Below, piece by piece: positions 10,577 to 25,556 of a DNA stretch of 37,334 bases; position 1 is the stretch's first letter; each line of letters begins with the position of its first letter. The position numbers and the translations under genes are program-made. Source of the DNA: Conidiobolus incongruus B7586. Lineage: Eukaryota. The DNA is taken from assembly GCA_000697335.1 (NCBI GenBank), contig JNEM01010363.1, forward strand, positions 1-37,334, given 5' to 3'. Below the pieces are notes generated by a model. That model ran no database searches, was not told where the DNA came from, and worked only from the letters and a program-made list of their open reading frames with translations.

Positions 10577-13500
10577 TTAAAATTGGCTTGCCCAATTGGA
10601 AAAAATATTTTTCAAATGCTGGAAAGAGCTACGCTTCTTCTTTTGGACAACTTTGGATCCGCCTAATTGTTCCGGCAAAACTGAATTAGAACCACGATGC
10701 GAATAAATAGTTTGTCTCTGAGTGGGAGCAGCAGTCAACGGGTCAGATAAATTTCTTAATTGTGGTAAATGAGTCGCACTTCTCAATTCACCACTTGCTC
10801 GATGACCCAAAGCGTTACGAGCTTGACCCAAAAATGGACCCTTCTTTCGAGCAAAAGATCCTGAAGGAACTAAAGGAGTACCAGTGGAATGAAGAGAAAT
10901 TCTTCCATCGCGAGTCACCCTAACAAACGATTTCACCTTATGAAGATAAGGATGAGATACCTTAGTAACTGGGAAATGGAGTCCAAACAAACTTTCCAAG
11001 ATAGCTTTATTGTAGTAATGCTGTCTTCTAAAATAAGCAATAGATCCTCTTAACATGCAGTGTGAATATAGTAAATTTTGCATCAGATATCCTTGGAATA
11101 AGAAAGGTAATTGATAATCCTGACCAACTACACTGGGATGCTCTGGTGTCAAAAGGACTAACTCTGAAGCAGGCAAAATATTAGATAAAGGAGCACAGCT
11201 CACTCTACTTCTCATCATTAAACTACAATATAAGTTAGAAATTGAATAAAACAAATGTTAACAGTGAAATTTACCCAAACTTCCCCTTATTACCAGTGAG
11301 TATACCATGTACTAAAGCAGAATGGTTATCCAAAAAATATTTTGATGGATCGGTTTCAATATCTTCAACAAAAGTTAAACTGACTTCGCTCTAAAGGTAT
11401 AGTAATGTTAGAAGGGTTATCAAAAGAATAATATATGTTACAAATTACCCTGACTCTAGTCTTTTGGTAATCCTTTTGTTCCATTACAAAGAAATAAAGA
11501 GAAACATCATTAATAACCTTTTGATACAAACTACATCCGATCTCTAAAATTATCAATAAGCATAGGTAGGAGTCAAGTAGCGATTAAATTACCTAAAGCT
11601 CTATTTTCAGCTCTTAAGTAGCTAAATTTATTAATAAACTGTTGCTTAATTTGGAACATTGGGGTAGTATAATAATGGATCGCTTGAGAGTCCCAATAGA
11701 TATCTTCGACAGCAGTACTATTAATTTTCAAATAAAATCCATGGTTTTTGCCTAAAGCAAGTTAATAAATTTGAATAGTATTATAATAGTAATAAATATG
11801 AATTTACCTATAGTTTGGCCATCTAAAATATCCACGTCATTCAAACTTATCCAAGACACAAATAAATATTTGAACTTTTTATTGGAATTAAAAGTTCTTT
11901 GAGCAACCATAATATAATCGTTGAATAAAAATAAAGTCACTTCTGCTTGAAATGAAGATTTGCAGATATCTCTCTCGTCACAGTCAATTTGAGTGATTAG
12001 TTTACGAGAGGCATGCACCAGACTAGCCTAAAAGAGAATTGTTTTAATATTGATAAATAGCTCAACGTTAATCAATCATTACTGGACAATCCTCTATCTG
12101 ATACAATAATTTAGTTAATTCCATGACGTGTTCTGAAGTTTCATTCTGATCTAAGTGACTAATATCATTAGCAATATTAAGAGCTTGGAACAATGGTTTA
12201 TAATCCGGATGATCTTTGGGAGTTAATTCTAATAAATCTAAAATCAATATAATTAGTCATCAATATGAATCAGTTAAATTTAAAATTACCAGTAAATAAT
12301 AGCACATAACGCGGAATTCTTTGTACAGGCATAACTAACAAATCTTTAATACCCAGTTTAAAGCATAAATCACTCTCTCTAGCTTCTCTTAAAAATTCCC
12401 AATACTTAGTATTTTTCTTCTCCAAGTCACTCGAGTATTTTTCGGAATGCTTGTAACCCATGATATAATTTTGATAAACATTGAAATTCTTTAAGTGTTT
12501 AAGACATACTTCGCCCAATCCATCGCCATTTTCATTTAGCTGACTTAAGTCTTCGCAGAAGCTCTTATTCACATCGTGGATTTCCTCGATATGCTTGAAG
12601 ATTGAAGTGATATCATATTGTGAAATGATCTTGTTGTGGGATAAACTACTCGATTGCAATGGATTAAGGTATACCTGAACAATTGTTAATATAAATAAAT
12701 ATAAAAATATGATATTCTGAACTGACTTGAATAAATCCTTTAAGTTTTTTTAAATAAGAATCTTCAGTTTTGGTGAGTTCATGAATAATATCTCTCCTCT
12801 TTTCAGCAACCTGAATATGTATTAGTAAAATGGTGAATGACATCATCATTTAAAATTTTTGTTACCTGTTCATCATTTAAATTAATAGGTTTATCTAGTT
12901 TTACCTGGTTGGAAGACTTAGAAACTATTTTAACACCATCTTTAACCAAGGGAGATCCTAGCATTCTTCTAAACATTTTAAAAGTATCCTTTTGAGCTAA
13001 ATCTCTCTGATTAGCTCCTAAAAGCAGGATGACGTCGTTATAATAATACTTTTTCATCATCATCACTTCAGTCAATTTGAGTGGACTTAAAATGGAGAGA
13101 TCATCGGACGATTCCAACCCAGACACAATTCTGTTTAAATTGGATTTGACTACTTCAATGGTTGCGATATGAAGTCTAATTTTGTTCAATATGTCCTTGG
13201 ATGAGGTTTCATTTTCAGCTGGATTCAATGTCATCGGCTCACCCATTGATGGACATTGAAATTGGGTGGATTTATACCATTTTTCCAATTGAAACCATTC
13301 ATCTTCTAATTCAGTGAGATATTTTTCAAAGGCCAAATATATGATAATGTTGCATGCTTTCGGTGATAATACATTTTCAGGTTGACCCTTTGTAGGTACA
13401 AGTAAGGCATTATCAATGGTAACAGCCTTAAACTTCCATATAGTTCTAATATAAACCAAATATTTCTTTTCTTTCTTTAATAATGAAACACATATAGGTC

Positions 13501-13975
13501 CCAAGTCTTCGTCATATCCCAAATAAGTAGAATGAGCTATTTAATGCTTTATTAAAAAACTCCTTGAATATAGTTTCAATATTAAATTACCTTTATGGAG
13601 GAACGAGTTAGTCCAAAACTCTTTAGTATAAAACTCATTTGTAAAATTCTCATTACAAATTTTATCTAAATTCAAGCTCTCTATCTTGGCACCAGGAGTG
13701 GGTACTGAAGCGGAACGAGGTCTACGATTAGGACTAGAATCAGGTCTAGCAAAATTTGAAGAGAGTCTCTTTGGTTTAGGACTCACACTACTCACCAAGT
13801 CAATAGTGTATCCTTTTTCTTGAAACTGATCATGAACTAACTAAACATTACAGATCATCAGTTAATATTTATTCAATATTTAGTTTAGTCAGATATGAAT
13901 GTAGAAATAGCTTACAGATATAAAGTTATAGTCAATAGTATCGTATTGTATTGGTAAAGGACCGCTATTTGACAT
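10577..13975 (-). CDS. DH-PH Rho guanine nucleotide exchange factor with RapGAP-like flanking segments; multi-exon
   Basis: ATG at 13975. DH motifs KRRDIIHELTKTEDSYLKKL, IFKHIEEIHDVN and IKDLLVMPVQRIPRYVLLFTDLL; PH motif VTLFLFNDYIMVA. Several short introns join the ORF-track fragments. Stop at 10579-10577. Confidence 0.85.
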
Positions 13976-16900
13976 TATTTTAAGCTATGACAGTATCAAA
14001 CTGTGAAAAGGAAGTATGATTAAATAATAATGAAGTGGCTTTTAATTAAGTTATTACAATGAATTAATTGACGATTTTATTCCTAACAGGAATCAGTGAT
14101 TCTATATTAGATTATATATAATAAATACTAGATACTAAATAAAAAATAAAGGATAATATAAAGAACAAAAATTCAATCTCTAAACTTTATTGAAATTTCC
14201 TTTCATACATTTAGCATATTTATATATTCGTTCTTGTTAACACGCATAATCAAATTCTCATATTATAATTTTGTTAATATTAATCTGTGATTTTCAAATA
14301 TAGTTATATTTCTAATTTTAGATTTTCTAATTTCTATGTTAAAATATTTTATATCATGGATTAAATTGAAATTAAAATCAACATTTTTAAAATTTAAAGA
14401 CATATTGGAATAAAATTAATAAGGTTTATCCATTAATATGATTCAATACAGTAATATTTATATATTTTTAAATATATTATTACAAAAAATACAAAATAAT
14501 ATAATATGTAATAATTCAAGTAATTGGCGAATAATTTTTTTGTTGAATATGTTAATTAATCTTCGAATACTGTCATGTTAAATGATATCTCTAATTTGTG
14601 GTTATTTTCTTGAATTAAATAATATTATTCTAATGCTTTTATTATATTAAAACATATACTTTATATGATAATATCTTAATATAGAAACATTAAATGACAT
14701 TTCAACATTAGTTTTAATTTAAATTATAATTGATATATATTATAATCATTCTGTTAGCAAAGTCATATATGAATATATTAAAAATCTAATTTATTAAACA
14801 TTATCTTATAATCTTGATATCTTGATATTTATTTAAAATTGTTTATCAATGTATAAATTATCCACTTTCAAAATAAGTTCCGAATTTGATAAAATTACTA
14901 AATATAAACTGTATCAAATATTATACTTTAGAAATCCTTTATATTAATATTACTGTGAGAAAAAATGATCACATCTACATCATCATACTCATAGATATAT
15001 TAAAAAATAACATTTTAATAATTTTATAACCTTGATCCAATTTTAACATATACCAATAAAATAATATTTTAAAATCATTTGATGTATATAAATTAAAATT
15101 GAATGCACTTTACCAATTGAATTAATTTTGCAAATTTTCAATATATTTGTCACAGTTTTGTAAATAAATTTTAATTTTGAAATTAGCAGTAAACAATTGA
15201 ACTTAAAGATTTAATAAAGTAATGGATCAATTAAATAATATTTCAGAGATATTTCTTTTTTAATAGGTTAAATTAAGTTTGGCATGATAATCTTATTGAG
15301 TGATAACTTTTGCAATTATAAAATATCATATTGGTTCTTTTAACATAGAATAACCGATCTTCCAACAATATAATCAAGTGTTTATTATCAATATCAGAAT
15401 ATCATAATATGGGATGTATTATAATCATAACAAAACAGTCTGATGAACATTTAGTAGATTAAATTCGTATCAATTGAAGTGATTATTTCACACTTTGTGA
15501 AAATATGATATTCGTTATTATTTTTTTAAATTTTCAAATAAATTGAATATGTTTGTTGAATGATATATGTAATTTATTTGTCATTAAATATATTATTGTT
15601 AAAATTAAGCATATTATTCTATCGTTAATATGGCGTTTGAACTTTGTAATTAATATATTATTTTAATATTTTTAATAATAAAAAGGTTTCGCAGTATAAG
15701 GTATATTTTGTGTTTTAAGCAACTAGAGATTAAGTTACTTGTTTGACTAGTTATGTAGATAACTTTATTTAATAATATTCATATTTGTTTATTATATGCA
15801 AATCTGAAATTTTGTAAATGCCACATATACAACAAAGAATTTAATGATATTATTGATTTTTAACCCTGAATATATTATTTCCATATTACATTATTTTATC
15901 TAGGCAATTTAACTTGAGATCTATATTACAACTATCATAATTATTCAATATTTTAATTAATGTTTAGCTTGAGTTATAAATAAACATATAACTAACTCCT
16001 TAATTTTATATTTGTTATTATCCAAATTTTTATTTTTAACAAGTTTTAGTATTAAAATGAAGTTGAAAAATAAGTTGGTATGCTGAATATAACTATCATA
16101 ACTGTAATTTAATACTATGATTAAAGCTTGCTTCAAATATACTTTATATCATAATTTAGCTTAATAAAAAATATATAAATATTGAATTTGTAGTTCTTAT
16201 GTAACAATAGAATATCTTTTTTAATGATGATATACCATAATGGCCTTATTAGTATTATATTATTATATCAATATAAAAATCACAAATACATAATGGATAA
16301 TAATTATTTGAAAAAATTGCTTTTTAATATTCAATATCTATATTGATATAAATTATATTTCAAATAAATCCAAATAGCCATATTATTATATTTGATGAAT
16401 TTGATTATGTTGCTCATCTATAAATTAATTGATATACATTTTTTCAAGATATTATTGATATTGAAAATTTAATAAAAGTTGATACAGATTTGATTTGATT
16501 ATAACATATGATATTCATCATTTTACTGCTCTATTATAAGTAATAATTTAAGTTATTAAATAAACTTAATTTTCATGTTATAGTAACTTAATAAATCTTA
16601 TAATAATTAAAGGATATTAATTTGTTTTAACTTAGAATTTCACTGAATTAGGTCAATATATAAAATAATATTATTAAACCAAGCATTTTTGTGTTTAATA
16701 GCTTATATATTGCACTATAACATATTACTATAAATATCGCTTATACCTCGACCATAATACCCTTTTTTATTATGATTCAATCAAAGTAGTTTTTATAATG
16801 TTAATAAATTTTATTAGAGAAATAATGAAACTCAAGTTATTATTATTAATTTTGGATTTAATAATACATATTAGCTATCTAGGTTTATTAACATTTTAAT

Positions 16901-18911
16901 TGATACACATTGATATTTAATGCTGATGTAATATTTTTAATCAATAGGATTATTTATGAATTTCAATACTCTGAATTTTTTAATTTTCCTGACATAATTA
17001 AAATATGATTAAATCTTTTTAATATAAAATATATAGAAGTTAAATGCTTAAATATCAAAAGAAAAAGTAAGAGTCTATTATGAGAGGTTATGAAAATCAA
17101 CTCTAATAAAAGTTACTTTCAATTATAAAAACTCTTGAAAATAATAATATTTTTATAAGATTATTTATCAATAGCATTATATATAAATAATTTGGTTTTA
17201 TGAATATTGTTTCAAATATTTATTTGTTAGACTAGATTTATATAGTTATTGATATACTTTAATGCATTGAATATGTCATTATAAATTGTTCCCTAATAAA
17301 TAAAAAATATATAAATTATGGTAATTCGATAATAGAAATTGTATCAATTTTTCCAATTTTATAAATTTTTGACCAACTCTTTCATTAGGTATGATATAAT
17401 ATGTTATATATTGCTACACGATAGGAACCTCCATTCTCATTAAGTATCCTTATATCAACCCAATATAATTGTTATTCTCCCCTCGAATACAGATTCACTT
17501 ACTCTTCATTCGTTGGTTGACTATACAGCCAAGCCACTGAAGTAACTCCCAAATCACTTTACCTGATTTACTTTATAAAAACCCAGAATTTTGATGATTA
17601 ATTTCACCGTTAGCTCGGTCTGACCTTTCACTATTTAACATAATCAATGAAACACTCTTCCAACGCATCTTGTAGTTCAATATCCGGGATCAACCCCTTT
17701 CATAATTCTGGTCAGAGCTCTACTACTTCAAGTAGGATTTATAATTTTTTAATAAATTACAGCATCAATTTAGTATTAATCGATGACAAAAGTATATTTA
17801 GAATTGATTTATCTTTGACATTAATATTTAGAATGTATTGTTATTTTCAAAATGGCTAATAATAAAAATTATTTTTGTCACTTCGATGGTTTTCACTCAT
17901 ATGTATCATAATAATTATTTTCATTGCCAAATCACTGCTTTGATCAATTAATATAAATATTATGAAATATAGTGATTTGAATATTTAGAGATCATTTCAT
18001 TATTAAGAACCAATAAAGCTGTATTTAAAAATTAAAATATAATTGAAAATCACTTTTATTGTGTTTGTCAAAAGTTATTACAATCAAAACTTGATACTTT
18101 GTTTACAAAAGTCATAGTCGCTACATAATCATAATAAGACAGAATCAAATTTATTTGTCCGAATTTTGATTTAATCGAACTAGTATATTAGTGGAAATTT
18201 TTAGACTTGAGAAAATGTATTGGATTAATTAGGCAAATAGAAGCACACTTGAACTCATTATAGATACGTGATAACCGAATGATTTGTATGAATTAAATTG
18301 TTCATTATTTTAAAACATTAATCTTTTAATTCGATTAATACGAAAAATATTGATGATATTACAAGATTGTGTTTCAAAATAGATAATAAAATATGATAGA
18401 TAGTTAATTTTGATATAACCAAATACTGATATTTACTTTGACAATTAAATATTCAACCATATTTATTCTCTTGATCCAAAGCATATGGTTACATCTTTAT
18501 CCACTAGAACTTCCCAACAGCGGAATGTGAAGGTACCTCAGTCTGAAATTTAATTACTTTTGATATCAAAAAATATAATACATAACTATTATTAATACTT
18601 ATACCAATTTAGCAATATTTTATTTGAATAATTTGTTCTGTATAAAATTCATAGTATTAACAGACCTAAATCAGGGTCAATATTATCTCTTTATTACTAT
18701 ATCATCAACTGATCATATGATATAATGATTGGTTCAGGATTAATGTTTGTGAAACTCACCCCAATTGGCTTCCAAATCTGAACTTGTTTGTACATTAAAT
18801 GGGTGCAAATTTTGTCTATAAATACACTGGTGTGGTCCAATTTTGGGTTTGTCAATTCTTTCATTGACCATAGAGAATACACAATAAATTGATAGTTAAC
18901 AATATTAAATA

Positions 18912-21349
18912 ATGTGCTCTAACCATTTTAATAAACAATCTGTTCTTATTGATAATGAAAATGCCAATACTCACAATGGCCATGAACACGCTGACATTAA
19001 TAGAAACTATGAATTAGACACCGATCACTCTGATCAAGAAGACGATATTGTCGAAGATCACCTTAATCCCAATGCTATTAAAAATAAGTTTGCATCTATC
19101 CCTGTCCCCTCCAAGCCAGCTGATCTTCAAAGCAATACTTCTCAAAATTCCCCTTATAATAGCTATTTCTCTAATAGAACTTACATTGAGGTAAGCTAAT
19201 AGCTATTTATGTTTATCATTCTCAAAATACTAAGTATATGATCTTTTAGGAGCAATTGAAGAAGCTAGCTCAAAACAGCTTTTCCAATTTAAGACCTGAG
19301 CACTTTAAGCAAGTCAACTACCAATTGTTGGAAAAGCTCTCTGAAAATTTTGCAAATTCCAGTAGTTTTACCCCCGATCGTATTCAATCGGACCTTCAGA
19401 ATCTCTTTGGAAAGTTAGAAGCCTGCTCCAAATTACGTGAAAAGTATATGAAAGACAGTTTACAACGCGTCGAAGACAATCCTGCTAACCAAGATGACTG
19501 GGAAATTTATCCACCACCTCCTCCCAGTCATTGGTCTCCTAAGGATGGCAATGGAGTTGAATTCGACTTCTCTCACTGTCAAATCCCCGGCCCTATTGAC
19601 CAAAGCTTCGAATTGGATGAAACTGGTGTATATAAAATTATCCAAAATGATGGCTCCAAGACTCCTGTTTTCCCCAATAAGGTGCCCAGTATCAAGCAAT
19701 ACTTTATGGATTTGGATTCTATTTTGCAAATTATCTCCGATGGTCCCATTAAAAGTTTTGCCTATAGACGTCTTCGCTACTTGGAAAGCAAGTTCCAGCT
19801 CTATTCTCTTTTGAACGAATACCAGGAATTAGCTCAAAGTAAGAGTGTGCCCCATCGTGATTTCTACAATGTCCGTAAGGTTGATACTCACGTCCATCAT
19901 TCCGCTTGTATGAATCAAAAGCACTTGCTCCGCTTTATCAAGTCTAAATTGAAGAAATGCCCAGATGACGTTGTCATTTACAGAGATGGTAAATATCTCA
20001 CCCTCGCTGAAGTATTCGAAAGTTTGAATCTTACCGCTTATGATTTAAGCATTGATACTTTGGATATGCACGCCCATAAGGACTCTTTCCACAGATTCGA
20101 TAAATTCAATCTTAAATACAATCCTGTTGGAGAGAGTAGATTGAGAGAAATCTTCTTAAAAACCGATAATTTCATTAAAGGTAGATACTTGGCTGAGCTT
20201 ACCAAAGAAGTTGTATCTGATTTGGAAGCTAGTAAGTATCAAATGGCTGAATATCGTATTTCGATCTACGGTAGAAGTGTCGATGAATGGGATAAATTAG
20301 CTAGTTGGGTTATTGACAACTCTTTGGTCTTCCACAACGTAAGATGGCTTATTCAAGTTCCCAGATTGTATTCAATTTATCAACAAACCAAATCCGTCAA
20401 GAGCTTTGAGGAGATCGTTCGCAACATCTTCCAACCTTTATTCGAAGTCACTCAGAATCCCCAAAGCCATCCCAAATTACACGTATTTTTACAGCGTGTC
20501 GTTGGTTTTGATAGTGTAGATGATGAATCTAAAGCTGAGAGAAGAATTCACAAAAAGTATCCTTATCCCAAAGATTGGACCATGCAACTTAACCCTCCTT
20601 ATGGTTATTACTTATATTATATGTTTGCTAACATTGCTATGTTGAATCACTGGCGTAGAGTTAGAAACTTCAACACTTTTGTGCTCCGCCCTCATTCTGG
20701 TGAAGCTGGTGATCCTGAACATTTAGCTGCTGCTTTCCTCACTTCTCAAGGTATCAGTCACGGTATCTTATTAAGAAAGGTCCCCGCACTCCAATACCTT
20801 TACTATTTGAATCAAGTTCCAATTGCTATGTCCCCACTCAGCAACAATGCTCTCTTCTTGAAATATGAGCGTAATCCCTTCTATCACTACTTTGAAAGAG
20901 GACTCAACATCTCTATCTCAACTGATGATCCTCTTCAATTCCACTTCACCAAAGAACCCCTTATTGAAGAATATTCTGTAGCTGCTCAAATTTGGAAGTT
21001 ATCTCCTACCGATATGTGTGAAATCTCTAGAAATTCCGTTTTGCAAAGTGGTTTTGAATTGCAAATTAAGAAGAAGTGGTTAGGTGAAAACTGCTTATTA
21101 CCTGGTGTGAGTGGCAACGATATGCAAAAGACCAATGTCCCAGATATTCGTATTAATTTTAGACACGAAACTTTATTGGAAGAAGTGAATATGATCAAGC
21201 ATTTTACTCACTCTCAAGACTTAGAAGATCTCACCCTTCCTCAAAGCGAAGTCTGCACCCCAGAACCCATTATCACTAGAGCTGACTTACCTGCCAAAGG
21301 TAAAATGGTTGGTGTAGAAGTTGATGAAGATGATGATATTGAAGTCTAA
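18912..21349 (+). CDS. AMD1: AMP deaminase
   Basis: Exon 1 18912-19190, intron 19191-19249, exon 2 in frame. Motifs PHRDFYNVRKVDTHVHH, FHRFDKFNLKYNP, GFDSVDDESK, LRPHSGEAG, SPLSNN and STDDPLQFH. Confidence 0.97.
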
Positions 21350-21929
21350 CTTTGCTAATTTACTGTATCAAACCTTTGTAATATTATCCAAATTCAAATA
21401 ATGTATAAAAATTTTCTATTTTATAATAATAAATACCAAATACAACAATTTATTCAACAGATTATCTTAATAAGTATTTCTAATATAATAAGCTATTACA
21501 ACCTATTATATTTTTATCGACTAATACATTTCAACATTATTAATTCAACTCAATAATTAAAAAAATTTTATTTTTTAAAATAATTAAATATATTATATTA
21601 TTGTATAAGTAATGTTCATTCCCATTATCATATAAAATCATCAATTCGATAGATAGTAAAAGTTTATCTTTATATTCAAAATAGATATGTTAATTCATTC
21701 ATGATATTATTACAAAATGAAATTTAAATATTTCATCCCATAAAAACTAACTGTAAAAAATCCAATAAAGAACATTCAATCAAGACAAAATCAACTTTTA
21801 AAGATTAATTACATAATAATAGACCATTATTAATTATTGCTTTATTTATTTTTAAATAATATATTTATATTTTCCTTTTATTATGTTTTAAAAATATCCA
21901 TTTAGTTATATTACTTGATACATTTGCAA

Positions 21930-24163
21930 ATGAATAAACTACATTTAATAGAAACTGAGTATTATAATTTATTACAATCTGATAACTCTGAAAATGATAC
22001 CAAGTTAGAAGAATTAAGGATAGAGTAATAATGCGATACTATTCTATGCTTTTATATTTTAATAATATTATATTAATTTAGATTGAGCGAGATTTACTTT
22101 GATCTTATAGTGGACAATGTAAATTCTAGTCAAATGTATAATTTTGAGGAAAGATGTTGGAAAATTGTGTTTTATTCACATTTAACCAAATTAAGGAGCT
22201 CATCACAAGTATATTATTTGAATTATTTTTTACATTCAATATTAATTGATCGCAATAGGATTCAAATGAGATATCAGAGCAGGACCTCTCGCTTCAATTA
22301 AAAGATTGGTTTTATTTCGGACTAGGCTATTTTAATTCTCTATTCTTATATATTGGTAAATCCAATAATGTGAATATTAATTCCTTTCCTTTTGAGCTAC
22401 TTAAATCCAAAGAATCAAAGCTAATTAACTTAGCTGAATCTTTGCAAAAATGCTTAATCAGTTTAGGGAACCTACATCGATACCAAATCCCTGCAGCAGA
22501 TCCTTCTTCAAATGGCTTCGAATCCGATCCTAATTTTAAACAGGCTGAGCAATGCTATTTAAGATCATCATTTATCAATCCTTTAAATGGGCGTGCGTAT
22601 AGTCAGCTCGGTATTCTAAATGCCAATACTCAATATCCTGTAAAATTTTTATTTTACTATTCTCTTGGACTGATTTGTGAGAATTCATGCATTATATCTG
22701 ACAAGAACCTTAAATTCATCCTCAACAAATATACTAATCATAGCCAACCACCTCAGGATGCGAAATCGAGTATATTGGTGCTTGAATATAAAATGATTGG
22801 GTTCTATGATCTAATAACCTGTCAAAATTCATGGGACCTTATTATTGATCGCGTCAAGAAATTTGGTCCGATATTTGTCGAGGATATGGAAAATCGTGCT
22901 TCTGATATTGATTCATTAATGGAAGAAACGTATTCAGATCCCCACTGGTCTGAAACCATATTCCACATCGTCATCATTCTTCTCTTCAATTGCTGGCGAC
23001 TAGCTCAATTTAAGAAAGATTTGCCCAACAACACACCATCATTTTGTATGGATATCCTATTCAAGATCCAGTATCACTGCTTCAAGCTCTCTATCAGAAC
23101 TATGAATTTGCTGATAGAAGATATTGGATCCAATTCCAGCTCCAAATTAGATTTGGTATCTATCTTTAGTGATTTTTGGATATCTAATAAGGAGCTGTGT
23201 TTCAGATTCTGTGAAGATAACACTGTTAAAGCAGAACTGCTCAACTTTATCATTAAAATTTCCAAGATATATAACTCGCTTTATCACATACATATGGGAA
23301 AATCTCAACTGAGTGTCGATGAACTTAAAGAGTTGCATCGAAGACCTTCTCGCCACGATTTCATTGTATGGGGAGTTCTCCCGTTAGCCAACTGCCACCG
23401 TCAGTTGGATGCCAACTATAGTACATTGACCAACAATGACTCTTTGGCCACAATGATTCTCATTGCCAGATGGTTTCAAATGGTCAATTCAGTGCATCAA
23501 TCGCCTGAATTCACTCTTTCATTTCCAGTTAATGCTCAGCTTCTTACCATAGGACACCAGAACCATGCAAAAGCACGTAATAAAGTGAATGATATGATGG
23601 TTAAGATGGCTGAATTAAGACTTCAGGACCAGGTAGAAAAACTTGAGAAAATGCTGTTGAAGAAGATTCCCATCCAAATCATACCCGATGCTCATGTATT
23701 ATTAACGCATTTCAATTGGGTAGAAGATTGGATTAAAAGGGCTAAAGTTCGAGTGATTATTACGAAATCAACTTTAGACGAGTTGGATGAGCTAAAAAAG
23801 GGGACAGACAATGTGAACTTTCAAGCTAGGAATATTGTTCGAAAATTCGATGCTTGGGGTACTAAGTACAATAAAGACAGAATATTTATTGATGCATCTG
23901 ACTACTCCAACCTCAATTTATTGGACTCTAAACACATTACCAAGGTTGAACAAAATGACCAATTGCTTGAAAGTTTTGAAAAATACCAATATTTATTGAA
24001 TGAACTGGCTAAAGTCACTCAGGATGTCAAGCTGAATGTCACGAGCAAATGGGAGACTTATCTGACTACCGACTCTCCTGCGCTCCTCGAATTAGTCGAC
24101 ATCTTTGGTCTTCAAGGTATTAAGGCAAATAAGGTGATATCAAAATTGAAGCAAAATCATTAA
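21930..24163 (+). CDS. EST1/SMG5-7 family protein with 14-3-3-like TPR domain and C-terminal PIN domain (SMG6-like)
   Basis: ATG at 21930; introns at about 22025-22081 and 22209-22258. Motifs FEERCWKIVFY, CLISLGNLHRY and AEQCYLRSSFINPLNGRAYSQLGIL (EST1/SMG TPR). PIN motifs IIPDAHVLL, TLDELDELKKG, QARNIVR, QNDQLL and LTTDS. Confidence 0.85.
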
Positions 24164-25556
24164 GTTGATTAGTATATCAATTAATGATAATATTTATTTA
24201 TTTGAATAATTCACTTGGCGTAATAAATATTATTATTAATCCATTTACTTTTCTTTTTTTCATTATATTTTACAAACATACTAATCGTTTTAATAAACTT
24301 TCAGATTAAAGCCAATTCCAGCGATCATCTCGCATTAATTCAGGTATCGTTCATACCATATTTTATCTCTTATTTTTCAATTGATCATTTTCTCAATTTT
24401 ATTTATTCAAAATTATTTAAAATTAAATTTGTTTTTTCAACTTGTATAATGGGTAATAACAAGTTTATAGCTTAAATTTACTTTGCAATTATAAATGAAT
24501 GCAAATATTCCAACGAATATAACTTAAATACTATTGAAAATTATTAACTTTGAAAATATAGTATAATTATACCTGAAAGCTTTATATAAAATAACTAGTT
24601 AGTAGAAAATTTTTTCAATTTGAATTAATGGATTAATATTATTCGATATAACAAAAATCCGTATATATTATTTTTATTGATATGCTAGGATCATTAATCA
24701 AAAATTTTTTAATATTAAGTATGTTCAATATATATTAATTAATATTGACTTAATTTATTAAAACTGTAAACATAAATATTTAAGATGTTAAATATTAATC
24801 AAAAATATAAGGGTTTGTACTTTAATGCAAAATGATCTAAGTTAATTATTTTCTTAACTTGTAATCCATAAAACCAATACCTTTTTTTCATTAAAATAGC
24901 AATATTTTTTAATATTTATATTTTTAATCATTATATAATATAGATTAATATTTGGAACCCTTTTATTCACAATATTCCTTTTATTACTTTGAATTTGAAA
25001 CAAATTTTTTGATCATCTTTTTAAAAATATAAAATAATAAAATAGCTTAAAATTTGAATCAATTAAATTAATTAACCTATGAAATCATAAATTATAATAC
25101 ATATTTTATTCATGTAAGCCAAAAGTAATAAGAAATTTTGTGTAACAAAAACAATATAATTGATTTTATAAAATTATTTAAATAATTTTAAAAATAAAGA
25201 TAATTAATATATTATTAAAAGTAATTAATTGTATAATAATTATAAAGAAGCAATATAAAATTAAAATTATATCAAAAATTAACTTAATCGAACCAATAGA
25301 GTGTTTCATTTATTGAATGTATGTCAATTTAGATAAATTAAATAATTTGGGTTCAGTTAGAAATTTATCCAATCTCGTCAAAAGCACAAATCAGGCAATT
25401 TGAGTGGTGCTATAAATAAATCTCTTACTGCGAATTAAACGAATTTATATTGAGCTTTTAGTCTCCTTTTAATCCTTAACATTTTAAAAAACTTTGTTAA
25501 TTAATTTCCTACTTTTTATCAATTTTAAGTTTTTATATTTTTTTTATTCATTCGTT

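Noticed and set aside
14000..17400. Long very AT-rich interval; looked for a decayed gene or element
   Set aside because: I found no terminal repeats and no convincing peptide or RNA structure by eye.
18697..18882. 61-aa minus-strand ORF upstream of AMD1
   Set aside because: It has a non-ATG start, no recognisable motif and no supporting exon structure.
19460..21198. Overlapping ORFs inside AMD1
   Set aside because: They are frame or antisense shadows of a highly conserved CDS.
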